Both the position numbers and the translations under genes were made by a program. The notes beneath the pieces are model-generated. The model worked only from the letters and a program-made list of their open reading frames with translations. It was not told the origin of the DNA and did no database searches. Positions 18,828 through 27,398 of a stretch of 37,787 bases of DNA are shown here, in pieces; positions within the stretch are counted from its first letter, which is position 1, and every line of letters begins with the position of its first letter. Location of the stretch: assembly GCA_902796165.1 (NCBI GenBank), contig CADBOD010000020.1, positions 1 to 37,787 on the forward strand. The letters are read 5' to 3'. The stretch comes from Oscillospiraceae bacterium. GTDB lineage: Bacteria; Bacillota; Clostridia; Oscillospirales; Acutalibacteraceae.

Positions 18828-20360
18828 TTATTTCACCGGAACAAGTATCATTTGTCCTGATGTTAAATTGTCGTCTTTTATATCGTTAATTCGCTTTACC
18901 TCATTTATATCGGCAAGATATTTTCTTGCTATGTCCCAAATTTGTTCGCCGCTTTCGGCAAAATAAACCGTGAGCGCGCCGCGGTTATTATTTTTAGCCG
19001 GCTTTTCTCTATTTACCTGAACATCACTTATGAGGCTTACCTTTGATGGACTGTAAACCGAAGCCGTTACACTAAGCTCAACCCTGAGCTCTGTCTTTTT
19101 ATCTCCCGACATTGTATATCCTACCGAAACAACATCAACCTGTGAATCGGCAATCAGATTTTCGGCTGATACGGGGAGCTTATATCTGTATTCATACTCT
19201 ACCGGTCTTTCATAATAAGAAGGTGCGCCGTCGTTATCAAGCGCCATAATACCGCACACCGCCGTGCCGGAAACCACAAGGCAGTCGCCCTCGAATTCCG
19301 TACTTACATTTTTTACCTCGCAGGAAGCATCGCAAACCCTTGAAATTGTATCTGACGGAAAATCTATTGTCTTTACGGCACTGAATGTATCGTTTATACT
19401 GCAAATCAATTTATTGAAGTACACTTCGTCGCCTGTTATCTGCGCTTCATATTCCCTTGAATACGCATCAATTACCACCTCAACATCATTCTGGCAAAAC
19501 GCCTCGGCTGTAAGGCGGATTTTTCCGTCAACAGAAAATCCGCGCGAAACGGAGGAGGAATTGAATTTCGGCTTAACTTCAAGATATGCCACATCTGCAC
19601 GCGCTTCGCAGTCGCAGTCCTCGCCTATCCCCTCTATCTCCACAAGCTGACTGAACGGTATAACCGTATCAAGCGATTGAGGAAGACCTCCCTCACCGCG
19701 ATAAAGCAGATTTACCATAAGCTCGCCTTTTATAATCGCCTTTCCCGAGAGCAGCTTGCACTCTCCGAGCTTAACCGCGGAATCGTACCTTATAAGGCAC
19801 ATAACATCCGGCTGAGAATCACCCACCGGGATTTCATCCTCTATCAGCACATACTTTGAGGAGTACCCTAACGGCATTGTAGCCGGTATGCCGGAGCGCC
19901 GCACTTCTATACCCTCATCATCAATATCGCATATGATTTCACGGCTTTTTTTCAACATAGCGTTAACATAAACGCCCACCGCACCGTGAACATCTATTTT
20001 TCTCTCGTTTATCGCCCGACAGTTTATGTACTCACATTTTGCCCTTGTGCGTACAAATGAATCCGAAACATCGCAGGCGGTATCAAACGACTTTGAAAAT
20101 GGATACTGATACTCATACGAATTTATATTGTTTTCATCATCGGCATAAATTACCGTCACGGTTACGACGCCGTCAACCGTGATTTTCCGCGCCTGAGCAT
20201 CCTCTGAGGATATTCTCGCAGTCGCGCGGCATTTAAGTATTTTTGATATTTCCGGACAATAATCAGGCATTGTAAAATCCACATCCACCGGCACCTCAGC
20301 AGAATCCTTAAATACGGTTTCAAGGTTAAAAACAGGGGTTCTCATACATTTTTCGTCCAT
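18828..20360 (-). CDS. SipL/SpoVID-like spore-coat morphogenetic protein (DUF3794/SPOCS-type repeats plus a C-terminal LysM)
   Basis: The C-terminal 45 aa form a LysM domain (LTVYFAESGEQIWDIARKYLADINEVKRINDI...LTSGQMILVP). The body has the repeated beta-rich architecture typical of DUF3794 proteins. Start trimmed to ATG 20360 (GGAG 11 nt upstream). The family call is from memory of its architecture, not a search. Confidence 0.6.
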   Translation of the reverse strand: MDEKCMRTPVFNLETVFKDSAEVPVDVDFTMPDYCPEISKILKCRATARISSEDAQARKITVDGVVTVTVIYADDENNINSYEYQYPFSKSFDTACDVSDSFVRTRAKCEYINCRAINERKIDVHGAVGVYVNAMLKKSREIICDIDDEGIEVRRSGIPATMPLGYSSKYVLIEDEIPVGDSQPDVMCLIRYDSAVKLGECKLLSGKAIIKGELMVNLLYRGEGGLPQSLDTVIPFSQLVEIEGIGEDCDCEARADVAYLEVKPKFNSSSVSRGFSVDGKIRLTAEAFCQNDVEVVIDAYSREYEAQITGDEVYFNKLICSINDTFSAVKTIDFPSDTISRVCDASCEVKNVSTEFEGDCLVVSGTAVCGIMALDNDGAPSYYERPVEYEYRYKLPVSAENLIADSQVDVVSVGYTMSGDKKTELRVELSVTASVYSPSKVSLISDVQVNREKPAKNNNRGALTVYFAESGEQIWDIARKYLADINEVKRINDIKDDNLTSGQMILVPVK

Positions 20361-20422
20361 ATAAAGCCACACTCCATAATGCTTTTTATTTAATAATATT
20401 CGTATGCGGCTGATTGTATGAC

Positions 20423-20460
20423 AAAATAAAACCGCCAAAGTCATTTATGACATTCAGCGG
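20423..20460 (-). terminator. Putative terminator after the XRE regulator gene
   Basis: On the minus strand, a composite hairpin ccgc..gtcat-aa-atgac..gcgg is followed by TTTTATTTT. It starts immediately after the stop codon. Confidence 0.45.
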
Positions 20461-20694
20461 TTAAATTCTTTTCTCAATTTCGGTTATTACTGTACTCATC
20501 TTCACATCGAGCGCGTTGCAAATCCTATAGAAAGTTTCAAGCGTCGGCTTACGCTCGCCCCGCTCTATGGCGCTTAAATGACTTCTGCCTATGCCTGCAA
20601 GTCCGCTTAAAACCTCTTGCGGTATCTTCTTCTTTTTTCTGAAATCAGCAATCACGCTGCCGACTATAACCGGATCCAACATTGGAGAATACAT
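20461..20694 (-). CDS. XRE-family helix-turn-helix transcriptional regulator (77 aa)
   Basis: HTH_3 pattern KKKIPQEVLSGLAGIGRSHLSAIERGERKPTLETFYRICNAL. Start trimmed to ATG 20694, with GAGGTG 6 nt upstream. Confidence 0.85.
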   Translation of the reverse strand: MYSPMLDPVIVGSVIADFRKKKKIPQEVLSGLAGIGRSHLSAIERGERKPTLETFYRICNALDVKMSTVITEIEKRI

Positions 20695-20750
20695 CTGTAT
20701 CACCTCAACAATATTGTATGCCCTGATATAAACGAATTTGAATACATATG

Positions 20751-20779
20751 TTGACAAATGAACACTTATGTGTTAAAAT
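20751..20779 (+). promoter_or_regulatory. Sigma-A-type promoter (extended -10) for the zinc-ribbon/TM2 gene
   Basis: TTGACA (20751-56), 17-nt spacer ending in TGT, TAAAAT (20774-79). An SD GGGGG precedes ATG 20808. Confidence 0.6.
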
Positions 20780-20807
20780 TTGTTAAAAATACTTTGGGGG
20801 CTAAAAT

Positions 20808-21212
20808 ATGGAAAACGAAAATAATGTGGCAAATGCACAAGAACAGGCGCAAAAAACAAAATTTTGCAAGCACTGTGGCGCAAAAATTCCCGAGGATGCT
20901 GTTATATGTACCTCTTGCGGCAGACAAGTAGAAGAAATCAAAAGTACCGGCGAGCAACCCAATATAGTTATTAACAACACAAATGCCAATGCTAATGTAA
21001 ATAAAAATGTTAACGGCTACGGCGGCAGGGCAAAAAACAAATGGGTAGCTTTAGCGCTGTGCATATTCTTAGGCTTTTTAGGCGGTCATAAATTTTATGA
21101 AAATAAGGCGGGTATGGGTATTTTATATATCTTTACAGCCGGACTTTTCGGAATAGGTGTTATTGTTGATGCGATAACACTGCTGTCTAAGCCCAACCCC
21201 TATTATGTGTAA
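20808..21212 (+). CDS. Zinc-ribbon plus TM2-domain membrane protein
   Basis: N-terminal CxxC...CxxC ribbon (CKHCGAKIPEDAVICTSCG), an Asn-rich linker, then a TM2 domain (WVALALCIFLGFLGGHKFY...GILYIFTAGLFGIGVIVD). Confidence 0.8.
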   Translation: MENENNVANAQEQAQKTKFCKHCGAKIPEDAVICTSCGRQVEEIKSTGEQPNIVINNTNANANVNKNVNGYGGRAKNKWVALALCIFLGFLGGHKFYENKAGMGILYIFTAGLFGIGVIVDAITLLSKPNPYYV

Positions 21213-21231
21213 AGCATATCGGGCTCAGTGG

Positions 21232-21264
21232 GACTCGGGATATATTCCCGGGTCCTTCTTGTTA
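21232..21264 (+). terminator. Rho-independent terminator after the TM2 gene
   Basis: Hairpin ggactcggga-tatat-tcccgggtcc (one G.U pair) followed by ttcttgtt. Confidence 0.6.
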
Positions 21265-21310
21265 ATAAGCCTTAGATAAAAATAATTTTTCACACTTGTC
21301 CAAAATACTC

Positions 21311-21340
21311 TTGACATTACCGCAAAGTGTATTGTATAAT
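21311..21340 (+). promoter_or_regulatory. Consensus sigma-A promoter for rpsU
   Basis: TTGACA (21311-16), 18-nt spacer ending in TG, TATAAT (21335-40). Confidence 0.7.
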
Positions 21341-21391
21341 AACTTGTGTATTTATACATACATTTAATTTTTGCGGAGGGAGGGGATCTTA

Positions 21392-21568
21392 ATGAGTCAG
21401 GTAAAGGTAAAAGAAAATGAGTCTCTTGACAATGCTTTGCGCCGTTTCAAAAGGCAAACTGCAAAGGACGGTGTTATTCAGGAAGTTCGTAAAAGAGAAC
21501 ATTATGAAAAACCCTCTGTAAAGCGCAAAAAGAAATCGGAGGCTGCTCGCAAGAGAAAGTTCCGCTGA
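21392..21568 (+). CDS. rpsU: 30S ribosomal protein S21
   Basis: 58 aa: [48 protein letters not shown]... Start trimmed to ATG 21392, preceded by GGAGGGAGGGG. Confidence 0.95.
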   Translation: MSQVKVKENESLDNALRRFKRQTAKDGVIQEVRKREHYEKPSVKRKKKSEAARKRKFR

Positions 21569-21581
21569 TTTAAGGGGCAAA

Positions 21582-21613
21582 AGGGCGGTCGCTTTGCGAC
21601 CGCCTTATTTTTT
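21582..21613 (+). terminator. Rho-independent terminator after rpsU
   Basis: Hairpin ggcggtcgc-ttt-gcgaccgcc followed by ttATTTTTT. Confidence 0.85.
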
Positions 21614-21630
21614 AAGTATTGGTGATAAAT

Positions 21631-22131
21631 ATGCTATTAAAGCCGCATCTGAAATTAAAAAAAATCACGGATATAGATATTAAGCATTTAAAAACGCTCG
21701 GCATCGACACACTGCTTTTAGATGTTGATAACACCCTATCCACCGACCACGGAAAAGAGCTTGCGCACGGAATTTTTGAATGGATAGAAAAAATGCGTGA
21801 GGGCGGAATTAAACTGCTTATTGTTTCCAACGCCAAAAGTGAACGGGTTAAGCCGTTTGCCGAAAGATTAAAGCTCGATTTCATAGGCCTTGGGCTTAAA
21901 CCGCTTCCCTTCGGATATTTCAGAGGAGCGAAGAAATGCGGCTCCAAGCGCAAAACCACCGCCATTGTAGGCGACCAGATATTCACGGATATTTTAGGCG
22001 GCAGGCTATCCGGTGTTAAAACGATACTGCTTACTCCTATTGAGCTTGAAAAACAGTTGAGCTTTAAAATTAGAAGAAAACTTGAAAAAGCAGTTTTTAA
22101 ACTTCATAAAATTAAAGATTTTAAAGGATGA
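21631..22131 (+). CDS. YqeG-family HAD-IIIA phosphatase
   Basis: Motifs LLLDVDNTLS (motif I), VSNAKSERV (motif II) and IVGDQIFTDILGG (motif IV). ATG 21631 chosen over the TTG at 21619. Confidence 0.8.
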   Translation: MLLKPHLKLKKITDIDIKHLKTLGIDTLLLDVDNTLSTDHGKELAHGIFEWIEKMREGGIKLLIVSNAKSERVKPFAERLKLDFIGLGLKPLPFGYFRGAKKCGSKRKTTAIVGDQIFTDILGGRLSGVKTILLTPIELEKQLSFKIRRKLEKAVFKLHKIKDFKG

Positions 22132-22137
22132 TTTCAA

Positions 22138-22998
22138 ATGAGTGTAAAGTTCGGGCCGGCAGGCAACTCAAAGAGCTTTTTTGAAAAAGGGTACAAGCAC
22201 GCGCTTGATGTGCCGGATTATCTCAATGAAATGGGACTTGACGCTTTTGAATACCAATGCGGCAGAGGCGTTAATATCGGCGAAGAAAAAGCGCGGCAGT
22301 TGGGCGAAAAGGCGGCGAAGTCGGGAATTTCCCTCTCCCTTCACGCACCGTATTACATTTCTATGTCGTCTATTGACGAGGAAAAAAGGCTTAATTCCAT
22401 AAACTATATTTTAGCCAGCGCACGCGCGGCGGATGCTATGGGGGCGGACAGAATAATAGTTCACACCGGTTCCTGTGGAAAAATCAGCCGTGAGGAAGCC
22501 TTGAAGCTCGCAAAGGATACTATGAAGCTATCCCTTGAAGCACTTGACCGAGAGAATTTAGGACACATACATATCTGTCCGGAAACTATGGGCAAGGTAA
22601 ATCAGCTCGGAACACTTGATGAAGTTTTATCTCTTTGCGAGCTTGACAAGCGCCTTATCCCCTGCATAGATTTCGGTCACCTGAACGCGCGCGACTTGGG
22701 ATTTTTCAAGTCTTTTTCGGATTACGAGAGTGTTTTTTGCGCTATTGGTGAGAGATTGGGCGAAGAAAGGCTTAAAAGCTTTCATTCGCATTTTTCAAAA
22801 ATCGAATATACGGCAGGCGGCGAAAGGCGGCATCTGACCTTTGCCGATACCGTTTACGGCCCTGATTTTGAGCCGGTTATGGAGCTTGCCGGCAAGTACT
22901 GCGAAAGCACAAGGTTTATTTGCGAGTCTGACGGCACGCAGGCGGAGGACGCAAAAACAATGAAAGAATATTACAACTCGAAAAAATCCGAAAAATAA
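22138..22998 (+). CDS. Xylose-isomerase-like TIM-barrel protein, endonuclease IV (AP endonuclease 2) family-like
   Basis: The spacing of putative metal ligands resembles Nfo: SLHAPYY, IIVHTGS, ICPETMG, CIDFGHLNA and FHSHFSKIEY..GE..H. Confidence 0.6.
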   Translation: MSVKFGPAGNSKSFFEKGYKHALDVPDYLNEMGLDAFEYQCGRGVNIGEEKARQLGEKAAKSGISLSLHAPYYISMSSIDEEKRLNSINYILASARAADAMGADRIIVHTGSCGKISREEALKLAKDTMKLSLEALDRENLGHIHICPETMGKVNQLGTLDEVLSLCELDKRLIPCIDFGHLNARDLGFFKSFSDYESVFCAIGERLGEERLKSFHSHFSKIEYTAGGERRHLTFADTVYGPDFEPVMELAGKYCESTRFICESDGTQAEDAKTMKEYYNSKKSEK

Positions 22999-23005
22999 AA
23001 AATGT

Positions 23006-23063
23006 AAAAAATAAACCGACTGATATAAGAAAAAGTTCCTATATCAGTCGGTTTTGGTTTTCA
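23006..23063. terminator. Bidirectional terminator between convergent genes
   Basis: 15-bp stem aaaccgactgatata / tatatcagtcggttt. T-runs flank it on both strands. Confidence 0.8.
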
Positions 23064-23065
23064 AT

Positions 23066-24235
23066 TTAAACAGGTACTACCGGACCGTGATCCTCACCTG
23101 AGAATTCAGCGCCTACATTCTTTGAATAGATTTTTACATTCCAACCGGAAAGATGCTTTAAAAGGCGGATTAAATCCTTATTATTGATTTCCTTATCGCC
23201 GTTCACATCGAGAACATCCGGCATAACCTCAACATCCCAATTTGTAAGGTACTTTAAAAACCTCAATGCATCTTTATTATTGACCACTTCATCTCCGTTT
23301 ATATCGCCGGGAGCGTATTCCTTAACATTCGGATCATACATATAATGCCACAGAGCGTTATTGAAATAATTATTGTTTTTACGCACATCCAGCTTGCGGC
23401 GGTTATCCACCGTTCCCTCATAATAAACATCCGTTATTCCTTCACAACCGTAAAACGCCGCCTCAGCTATTATTTTAAGGTCTTTATAAATAATAATGCC
23501 GGTCAAGGAAGAACACATATTAAAACAGCGCTCTGCCAATGACTTTGTACCCGGTTTAACCTCATATAAACCGGAAATGTTCTTTTTGGCGGCTATAAGG
23601 TGATTTCCGATATATAAAACGCCGTTTTCCCAATTTTCATTTGTGTTATAATATTTTGTTTGCTCAAACGCACCCTGCATAATGATTTCGACACTATCAG
23701 GTATATTGATATCATATAGGCTCACGCAGCCCGAAAAAGCGCCTTTATCTATCGTATCAAGCGAGCTTGATAATTTTAAACTTGACAGTTTTTCACACCA
23801 GGAAAATGAATATTGCCCCAAAGTTTTTACAGTATCGGGCATTTCCACCGCTTCAAGCATACTGCAACCGAAAAAAGCGGCTTCGCCGATAGAAGTGAGA
23901 TTTTCAGAAAACTGCACTCTTTTGAGCTTTGAGCAACAAGAAAATGAATCGGCAGCGATAGATTTAACCGAATTCGGCATAATAACTTCTGTTATTTTTG
24001 ATTTATAGGCAAAGGCTCCGTTAATGGCTATAACCGAATATCCGCCCAATGTATCCGGTATGGTAATCGAATCCTTTGCAGTGCTGGCCACGCTGGTCAA
24101 CACAGCACCGGAGCCTGATACTTTATATGTGAAAATACCGCTTTGGTCTGCAAATATATGTAAAACCGAAAGTGATGAAAAAGCTATAACAAATGCACAA
24201 AGCAATGTTACGGCTTTGACAAATTTCTTTGTCAT
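23066..24235 (-). CDS. Secreted BspA-type leucine-rich-repeat protein with a C-terminal type I dockerin
   Basis: Signal peptide MTKKFVKAVTLLCAFVIAFSSLSVLHIFA. There are about 23-aa LRR_5-type repeats (..IPDSV..I...AF..C..L..V..). Two Ca-binding F-hand repeats are present: DINGDEVVNNKDALRFLKYL and DVNGDKEINNKDLIRLLKHL. GGAGGTG precedes ATG 24235. Confidence 0.8.
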   Translation of the reverse strand: MTKKFVKAVTLLCAFVIAFSSLSVLHIFADQSGIFTYKVSGSGAVLTSVASTAKDSITIPDTLGGYSVIAINGAFAYKSKITEVIMPNSVKSIAADSFSCCSKLKRVQFSENLTSIGEAAFFGCSMLEAVEMPDTVKTLGQYSFSWCEKLSSLKLSSSLDTIDKGAFSGCVSLYDINIPDSVEIIMQGAFEQTKYYNTNENWENGVLYIGNHLIAAKKNISGLYEVKPGTKSLAERCFNMCSSLTGIIIYKDLKIIAEAAFYGCEGITDVYYEGTVDNRRKLDVRKNNNYFNNALWHYMYDPNVKEYAPGDINGDEVVNNKDALRFLKYLTNWDVEVMPDVLDVNGDKEINNKDLIRLLKHLSGWNVKIYSKNVGAEFSGEDHGPVVPV

Positions 24236-24264
24236 AATACACCTCCAAACAATACTTCATACAA

Positions 24265-24293
24265 ATTATACTAAAAAAATGTTGAATGGTCAA
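24265..24293 (-). promoter_or_regulatory. Sigma-A-type promoter for the LRR-dockerin gene
   Basis: Minus strand reads TTGACC (24293-88), 17-nt spacer, TATAAT (24270-65). Confidence 0.55.
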
Positions 24294-24340
24294 GTACTAT
24301 AATAAAATATGCATAATTCAGTAAAGAGAGTTTAAATTCG

Positions 24341-24390
24341 AAGAATAGAAAATACCGGCTGAAACAAGGTCCTCCTTATCTCAACCGGTA
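24341..24390 (-). terminator. Rho-independent terminator after jag
   Basis: Minus strand reads auaccgguuga ... ucagccgguau. The stem pairs fully, with one G.U, only on the minus-strand RNA. It is followed by TTTCTATTCTT. Confidence 0.6.
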
Positions 24391-24401
24391 TTCTGTTTTT
24401 A

Positions 24402-25328
24402 TTATTTTTCAATTTTGCCGTAGAGCGGAACATCGCTATCTTTAAGCGGTTCGCGGTCAACAGAATTTGAAATGACTTTATTATTTCTTCTTCCGCCTCT
24501 ACCGGACATTCTGCCTGAGTATCTGCTCTCGTCAACCTTTCTGCCCTCGGGATGAATAACTACTCTGCGGTTATCGCCTTCGCCTACGGAATTGGATTCG
24601 ACGCCGGCAATCCCCTGAACAGCGGTATGGATAATTCTTCTTTCATACGGACTCATCGGTTCAAGTGTACGATTTTTGCCCTTGGAAAGCACCTGCTTTG
24701 CCATACGGTTTGCAAGTGAAACAAGAGCTTTTTCACGCTTTTCACGATAGTCACCCACCGTGATATTAACTCTATAATATCCGCTTGAATTATTAACCGA
24801 AAGTGAAACTATGGTTTGCAGTGCTTCAAGGGTTTCACCCCTTCTGCCTATAACCGCGCCAAGTCCCTCGCCTTCAAGCGATATAAGCGCGCCGTTTTCC
24901 TTTTGAGCAACCTTGATTGCAACATCCTCGCAATTAAAGCCTTTAAGAATGTTCTTTAAATAAACCGCAGCTTTATAGGGTTTTGAATCCTGCGGCAGTT
25001 CACTCATATCTACGCTTTCACCATATTCGGATTCCGTTTTTACCTCAGCTTTTGCCGGGGCCTCACTTTTTTGTGCACTCTTAGGAGCTTCTTTTTTACC
25101 GCCTTTGCGGTTCTCCTTTTTACCTGTATTCTTTTTTTCTTTATCCGGCAGCTCTACATAAACTCTGACCTTTGCAGGTGTACCGCCGAAAATCCCTAAC
25201 ACCTTTTTCTTGGGCATTTCCAAAATTTCTATTTGAACATCAGCATCATCTGAAACACCGAGTGAGAGCAAAGCGTTTTCCTTTGCTTCATCCACCGTGT
25301 TGCCCGTGCCCACTGCTTCTTTAATCAA
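24402..25328 (-). CDS. jag: Jag/KhpB-type RNA-binding protein (Jag_N + KH + R3H)
   Basis: Jag_N motif AVGTGNTVDEAKENALLSLGV, a Lys/Glu-rich linker, a KH-like GRRGETLEALQ, and R3H (MSPYERRIIHTAV). The start is TTG, with GGAGGA 6 nt upstream. Confidence 0.88.
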   Translation of the reverse strand: MIKEAVGTGNTVDEAKENALLSLGVSDDADVQIEILEMPKKKVLGIFGGTPAKVRVYVELPDKEKKNTGKKENRKGGKKEAPKSAQKSEAPAKAEVKTESEYGESVDMSELPQDSKPYKAAVYLKNILKGFNCEDVAIKVAQKENGALISLEGEGLGAVIGRRGETLEALQTIVSLSVNNSSGYYRVNITVGDYREKREKALVSLANRMAKQVLSKGKNRTLEPMSPYERRIIHTAVQGIAGVESNSVGEGDNRRVVIHPEGRKVDESRYSGRMSGRGGRRNNKVISNSVDREPLKDSDVPLYGKIEK

Positions 25329-25355
25329 GAAAAGTCCTCCTTAACACAATAGTAA

Positions 25356-26426
25356 TTATTTATCTTCCAACTTTTTTATTTGACCGGCTTCAAAATCGCA
25401 AACCTTTGAAAGCTCCTTAGTGCGCTCGCTTGCAAGGAGCTTATGCGGGCCGTAAAGCAACTGAATAGCCGACTGTATAGCTCCGCCGACGAGTGACGAG
25501 CATATCCAGTAAAAGCACACTCCGCCCGGGAAAGAGAAACCGATGAAAAGAGAAATCAGCGGCATTGTAAGCATCATTCCCGCCATACTCGGAGCTTCCG
25601 GATTTATATGTTTGTTTATACGCATTGAAACTATACTCGTAAGCATCTGCGCTAAAAACGCAGCTATCGGCAAAAGCCATATAGCTTCCCAACTGTTGAA
25701 AATATCAAACGAAAAATCGGGCTTATTAAGCAAATTTATTCCGAAAAGGTTGAAGTTGATATCGGCTTTTTTATCCACCTCTATAACATACTCATAGTCG
25801 CTCTTAATTGAAGCGTACTGCTTTTCGGTGAGAATTTCTTCCACCTTATCGGGATTGGCTCTGATTATTTTTATCAGGGACAGCTCATAACTGTTTGATG
25901 CGTTGAGCTTCCAATTTGACAAAGACTTTACCGCGGAATTATATTTCTTTTCCTTCTGCGCTTTGAGTGTTTCGTCATTTTCATCTTTATAATCCTTCTG
26001 CATTTCGGAAAGAGAGGTATTTATTGTGGTTGTAACATTACTTACTCTATCCTTATCGGCACCCGCCATATAGGTAAGCGGTGACATAATAAGCCAATAA
26101 ATGCTGAAAAGAAGTACCATTCTCACTATCATAGGCAGGCATCCGCCGGACATAGAAACGCCCTCGTCCTGATACAGCTTCTGCTGAGCCTGAGCCATCT
26201 TTTGCCTATCGTCACCATAACGCTTTTTAAGCTCATCGAGCTTAGGCTTAATTCGCATTTGCGATACGGATGATTTCTGGCTTTTGATACTAAGCGGTAT
26301 TAAAACAAGATTTATGAGAAGTGTAAACACAAAAACGGAAAGAGCAAAATTGCCGCCTAAAATCTCCGATAAAAACTTTAAAACATAACCAAGCGGAATG
26401 TTTATAATATTAAATAATGACTGCAT
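25356..26426 (-). CDS. yidC: YidC/Oxa1-family membrane protein insertase (with an enlarged extracytoplasmic loop)
   Basis: Core motifs: LLINLVLIPLSIKSQKS, RIKPKLDELKKRYGDDRQKM..LYQDEGVSMSGGCLPM, and the C-terminal TMs. Its position in the rnpA-yidD-yidC-jag cluster supports the call. Confidence 0.88.
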   Translation of the reverse strand: MQSLFNIINIPLGYVLKFLSEILGGNFALSVFVFTLLINLVLIPLSIKSQKSSVSQMRIKPKLDELKKRYGDDRQKMAQAQQKLYQDEGVSMSGGCLPMIVRMVLLFSIYWLIMSPLTYMAGADKDRVSNVTTTINTSLSEMQKDYKDENDETLKAQKEKKYNSAVKSLSNWKLNASNSYELSLIKIIRANPDKVEEILTEKQYASIKSDYEYVIEVDKKADINFNLFGINLLNKPDFSFDIFNSWEAIWLLPIAAFLAQMLTSIVSMRINKHINPEAPSMAGMMLTMPLISLFIGFSFPGGVCFYWICSSLVGGAIQSAIQLLYGPHKLLASERTKELSKVCDFEAGQIKKLEDK

Positions 26427-26452
26427 ATATTACACCGTCCTGAGTGTTGTTT

Positions 26453-26695
26453 TCACTGTTTTTCTTTCCTCGGCGGAACCGGATCATATCCGCCTTTGCA
26501 AAACGGATTGCATCGCAAAATCCGCCAAAGCGCCAACGCACTGCCCTTTAAAGCACCGTGCACCTTTATTGCCTCGATAGCATAAGCCGAGCATGTAGGC
26601 GTAAACCTGCAGCTCGATATTTTAAGCGGAGAAATTGCCTTTTGATAAAACCTTATTAAAAGGATAATCAAAGATGAAATCGGATTTTTCATCAT
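26453..26695 (-). CDS. yidD: Membrane protein insertion efficiency factor YidD
   Basis: Motif [44 protein letters not shown]. The start overlaps the rnpA stop (ATGA). Confidence 0.92.
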   Translation of the reverse strand: MMKNPISSLIILLIRFYQKAISPLKISSCRFTPTCSAYAIEAIKVHGALKGSALALWRILRCNPFCKGGYDPVPPRKEKQ

Positions 26696-27027
26696 TCTAT
26701 CAATCCGTTATCCGAAAGGGCTTTAAAAAGCCTATTTGCCACCTGATTACTGTTAAGCGATAAAATCCTCGTGCGTGGCACTATGCAAAAATCAAATCCC
26801 TTTTTGATTTTCGGCAAACAGGAATCAAATGCCGCGGTTACAAGCCTTTTCGCCCGATTGCGCTTTACCGCACAGCCTATTTTTTTGCCGGCGGTAATAC
26901 CGAGACGAACCCTCCCCGGTTTTCCTTTCACAAAATAAAGGACAAACGCCGGCGTAGCCACGCATTTACCGCGCGAATACAATCGGCGAAACTCCCAATT
27001 CTGTTTTAATTTATCAATTCGCTTCAT
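26692..27027 (-). CDS. rnpA: Ribonuclease P protein component
   Basis: 111 aa and basic, with [25 protein letters not shown] (RNR motif). It lies directly downstream of rpmH. Confidence 0.9.
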   Translation of the reverse strand: MKRIDKLKQNWEFRRLYSRGKCVATPAFVLYFVKGKPGRVRLGITAGKKIGCAVKRNRAKRLVTAAFDSCLPKIKKGFDFCIVPRTRILSLNSNQVANRLFKALSDNGLIE

Positions 27028-27046
27028 GCTTTTACTGTTTTATTAC

Positions 27047-27077
27047 ATAAAAGTAAAAGCCACACTTAAGGTGGCTT
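27047..27077 (-). terminator. Hairpin between rpmH and rnpA (possible attenuator or partial terminator)
   Basis: Minus strand reads aagccac-cuuaagu-guggcuu followed by TTACTTTTAT. An alternative AT-rich 8-bp stem (27029-36 / 27052-59) overlaps it. Confidence 0.4.
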
Positions 27078-27083
27078 AGCAAC

Positions 27084-27218
27084 TTAATATGTTAATTGCT
27101 TTCTGCCCTTTGCTCTTCTGCGAGCAAGAACCTTTCTGCCGTTTGAAGTTGCCATTCTCTTTAAGAAACCGTGTTCCTTTTTACGATGAATTTTTTTAGG
27201 TTGATATGTTCTTTTCAT
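27084..27218 (-). CDS. rpmH: 50S ribosomal protein L34
   Basis: 44 aa: [44 protein letters not shown]. Start trimmed to ATG 27218, with GGAGG 7 nt upstream. Confidence 0.95.
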   Translation of the reverse strand: MKRTYQPKKIHRKKEHGFLKRMATSNGRKVLARRRAKGRKQLTY

Positions 27219-27398
27219 TTTTCGTAACCTCCTATAATAAAATGAAAGTCGCAAAATAGCGATACTTTCCAAACTACATAACCTATCAATAAGGAATTAT
27301 AACCCAAATCACCCTTTTATGTCAATAAAAAAATGCTTTTTAGAAAAATAATTTTTTTGTTGCGTTTTCGTTCATTATATGATATCATAAATGCGTTC

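Noticed and set aside
24332-24535. A 67-aa minus-strand ORF overlapping the 3' end of jag and its terminator.
   Set aside because: It is out of frame with jag and runs through the terminator hairpin. It has no SD.
27219-27398. A possible oriC or DnaA-box cluster upstream of rpmH.
   Set aside because: No TTATCCACA/TGTGGATAA-like 9-mers are seen on either strand, and no dnaA is adjacent. The spacer is explained by the rpmH and tRNA promoter regions. A PWM scan would be needed to be definitive.
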